Shown piece after piece: positions 60,642 to 64,000 of a DNA stretch of 64,000 bases; within the stretch, counting starts at the first letter, position 1, and the number at the start of each line of letters is the position of its first letter. Under the pieces are notes generated by a model. It was not told where the DNA came from and did not search any database. It worked only from the letters and a program-made list of their open reading frames with translations. Location of the stretch: contig NC_079165.1 in the NCBI RefSeq assembly GCF_947568905.1, positions 104,842,001 through 104,906,000 of the forward strand, read 5' to 3'. The DNA is from Ostrea edulis. Taxonomy: Eukaryota. The position numbers and the translations under genes are program-made.

Positions 60642-62696
60642 TCACTAATTCAGTATCTGGATCAGTATGTTTGTGATCTGGATCAGTGGGTGAGAATTAA
60701 AGGTTGGAAAAAGTGTACACAAAAAAAGACACCAGTGACATTGAATCTTTTATTCATCACCTTTCATTCATGGATAAGGACTCATGACCCTTCATATTAC
60801 TTTTAGACACTGATTAATCTGGGTACTATTCAGGGGTCACTCATCTAATATCTTGAGAAATCTTATCTCATTTCAATGCTGATTAAGAAATGTGGATTGA
60901 ACAGAGAAGTGTACAGTAAATGGTTTTATTCATGAAAAAAACTTTATGTAATATTATTGATTTATAAATTAATCAATTGTTTTCCTATTTGAAAGTAAGT
61001 GTTCTTTCAGAACTTGAAGGAATATTTTTGATGCACTTTTCTATCTGCCCACACAAGTGGGTCACCATACTAATACATGGAACCATCAATCAAATCTCTC
61101 CATTCACTGTACATGTATGTTATAAAATCACTAGCAAGGTCTTTGATCACCAGTTGCATCCTGACAAGCTTTTTCTTTTTGACATTTAATGCTAGATATC
61201 ATCTGCAAGGGTACAGTTGCAATTCCATGCATTTAAAGTCTTCAAACGATACACTTCACATTTTCTGTTATTTAATAATTCTATTGTCATGCAATGGGGG
61301 AAAAGAAATGAAGCAGAAATGTCACTGATGGGGACGTCCAGCAAACGGCCATTAAAATACGACCCCAGAGCATCTATCAGTTGATACAAATCAGAAAATC
61401 AGCAAAAAACCGAACATTGATCTAGGACAACCACTGAGATTCTCCACAAAACAACACTATCCCAAGTCATCCACCACAATTAGGACTGAACCATTTGATA
61501 ACAAGATGAGACCAAAATGTGCTGGCCATGGTGATTTCTACTATGACCAAGAGTAATTTCGTTCTGCTCATGAAGCTGGAAATCTCTGGTTCTAGGAGAT
61601 TTGATCTTTCTGAGAACGAAATGAATCAAATCCGTGCTATCAAACACTGGAGCTTAAGGCACTGAGAACTATTTACAACATCACTAAAACATATTGGTAC
61701 AGGTATCAGTTATAAAAGTGCATTCCTTATCTTATCTAAAGTAGAGTCCTGCATTTTGAATTTAATTGAAATGGATGCCTTTTAAAGTCTTATACTTTTA
61801 GATAATATTTTATAATGCGTGTACAGTACTTAAAAAACTTTATGGTGTTTATCTAGTTTCACATCAGTTTGTTTGAATAAACTAATAGTATCCAAATTTG
61901 GACTCGGGGTACATAATCAATATAGAGTCAATAAAGTCAACAGGTACAGAGCTAATAATAAGCAACATAATAAAACAAGGTGCAATTGCTTTTATTTCAC
62001 CCGACTACTTATTGCACAATAACGATGAAGTTAACTACATCTTAATCAGATTATAATTTCGTAAGTCATCAGGGTGCTACTTCCGCATTCAGTCTGCATT
62101 ACACTGATTGTAATCAGTTAGTGAGGTAGCGCATTTGTCAACTATCCCCATCCCAAGTCCTACTTAATATTTGTATAGCTGCATTGCTCATGAAGTTTTT
62201 AAGAGCTTGAAACTACTAGAGAGCAATTATTGTTATAAATGAATACTTAATAGCAAATTGATTGAAATAAAATGTGAAATTTCTCATATAACTTTCATTA
62301 CTTTATGCAAATTTAATTTCTTTAATCCATCAAGTAAGATCTACACCCATACAACACTTTCAGCTGCATTATATAGTCAGGACAAAAGCATTACAATGTA
62401 TAAAGCTTTGTATCAGGATCGATTGTTTTTAGGTATTTCCTAATAAAATCATTTTGTGCCTAATCCTTCCTTATCCATGCAGATCACATTCCCACACTAT
62501 CAATTTTTCAGTCTGTTAACAGTTTTAATTTTTCCATGAAATATTAGTCTTACAACATTCACTGTAACATTACAGTACTACAACATTACAATCCGAAAAT
62601 GTTCACACTGACATTAATGTTTTGCAACATTCACTCTAACACAACAAAAAAATAAAAATCCTTACAACACCAATTCAACATTCTATTCTGACACTA

Positions 62697-63413
62697 ATAC
62701 AAAAGGTCCATGGGCCACATTGCTCACCTGAGTCAGCTTGGTCCATATAATAATAAAGATTTTCCCCTATTATTGCCCCAACCTAACCCTGGGGTCCATG
62801 ATTTTTAATCTGTACTGTGTCAGGAAGCTGCCATGTAAATTTGGACTTGTCTGGACCCATGGTCCTTCAGAAGAAGATTTTAAAGTTTGCAAGTAAAACT
62901 TTGATTCCTTATTGTGGCCCTACCCTATCCCTAGGGGCCATGATTTTTACTTGAATCTGCACTATATGTCAGGAAGCTTCAATGTAAATTTCAACTTTTC
63001 TGGCCCATTTACTGCAGTTCTTGAAAAGATTTTTAAATGAGCCCACCCTATTTTTGTAATTATCTCCCCCTTGAAGGGGGCATGGTCTTTCATTAGAATA
63101 AATTTGAATCCCCTTCACCTAAAGTTTGATTGAAAATGGCCTGCTGGTTCTGGAGAATTTTAAAAACAATTTGTCAGTGCATTTTTGCCATTATCTCCCA
63201 ATGGAGAAGGGCATTGCCCATCATTTGAACAAAATTGATTCCCCTTCACCCATGCAAGGATGATTTGTGCCAAGTTTGGTTGAAATTGTCCAAGTGGTTC
63301 TGAAGAGTATGATGAAAATGTGAAAACTTTACAACAACGCCAATGACAAACCACAGACAGTTTTGATCAGAAAAGCTCACTTGATCGAGCCTTCAACTCG
63401 GGTGAGCTAAAAA
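62697..63413 (+). mobile_element. Short degenerate Helentron-like element of the 44776 family
   Basis: ggtccatgggccacattgctcacctgag start, about 2 satellite-type monomers, end ggtgagctaaaaa. Confidence 0.75.
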
Positions 63414-64000
63414 CACTCACTCAGACACTAATAATTTTTTTTTACTCAAACAGTAATAAAATACTCTTCTCCAAGTGTAACATTACACATTTACACCAGT
63501 AAAACACTGCATGTACTTTAACAATAAGTCTAGTAATTTACCCTCTACTCTGGGTACATAACACACCCTTTCACCAGCAATTCTCTGGCATGGTTAGAAC
63601 ATGTGCCATTCTGACATTATTTCATCATGCAGTCTTTCTGACTATTATATGAACTACAATCTCCACACTGATAGCATAACAACTTCATCTTGAAATCTAA
63701 TATAATTACTGTCATGAAGTACTCCTTTATTCTGACACCTTTTTTATTTGTTTTACACATATCCAATATAATAATATATTTTGACATGCTTGAATGTTAT
63801 GTAATACGCAATTTCTAAATTTCCCAATAGGTGTTGGACCCTTAATTTTGTTGAACTTTTACGCATGGTAAGATTTTTGTACATATGCGGTATAGGTACA
63901 ATTGCTTATCGCTGCATTCATATAGATATATTGCCTAAAGGATGATTACCAGACATCATACAAACACCCTAACTGCAGGGAAACACACATTCAGTAAGCT

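Overview
AT-rich, intron-rich animal genomic DNA, very likely an ostreid oyster (inferred from a 166-bp HindIII/Cg170-like satellite inside Helentron-like elements and oyster-type SINEs). Two convergent multi-exon genes were rebuilt by hand from GT-AG boundaries with consistent phases. NSUN7 (+, CDS 20219-33073, 9 exons, about 695 aa, with candidate extra 3' exons) lacks the catalytic motif-VI Cys. An Fe65/APBB ortholog (-, 42549/42930-59075; WW + PID1 + PID2) has two homologous alternative last exons and lacks a located first coding exon. The window opens inside a Penelope-like RT with no C-terminal endonuclease; its 3' UTR is split by a 5.5-kb PIF/Harbinger-type element (CTG TSD) carrying further nested elements. 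The rest is MITEs, SINEs, LINE relics, Helentron-like elements and minisatellites. The most unusual signals are tandem arrays built from a real splice donor (NSUN7) and a real splice acceptor (Fe65), and tiny palindromic elements with 9-10 bp TSDs. No database searches were run; family assignments rest on recalled motifs.
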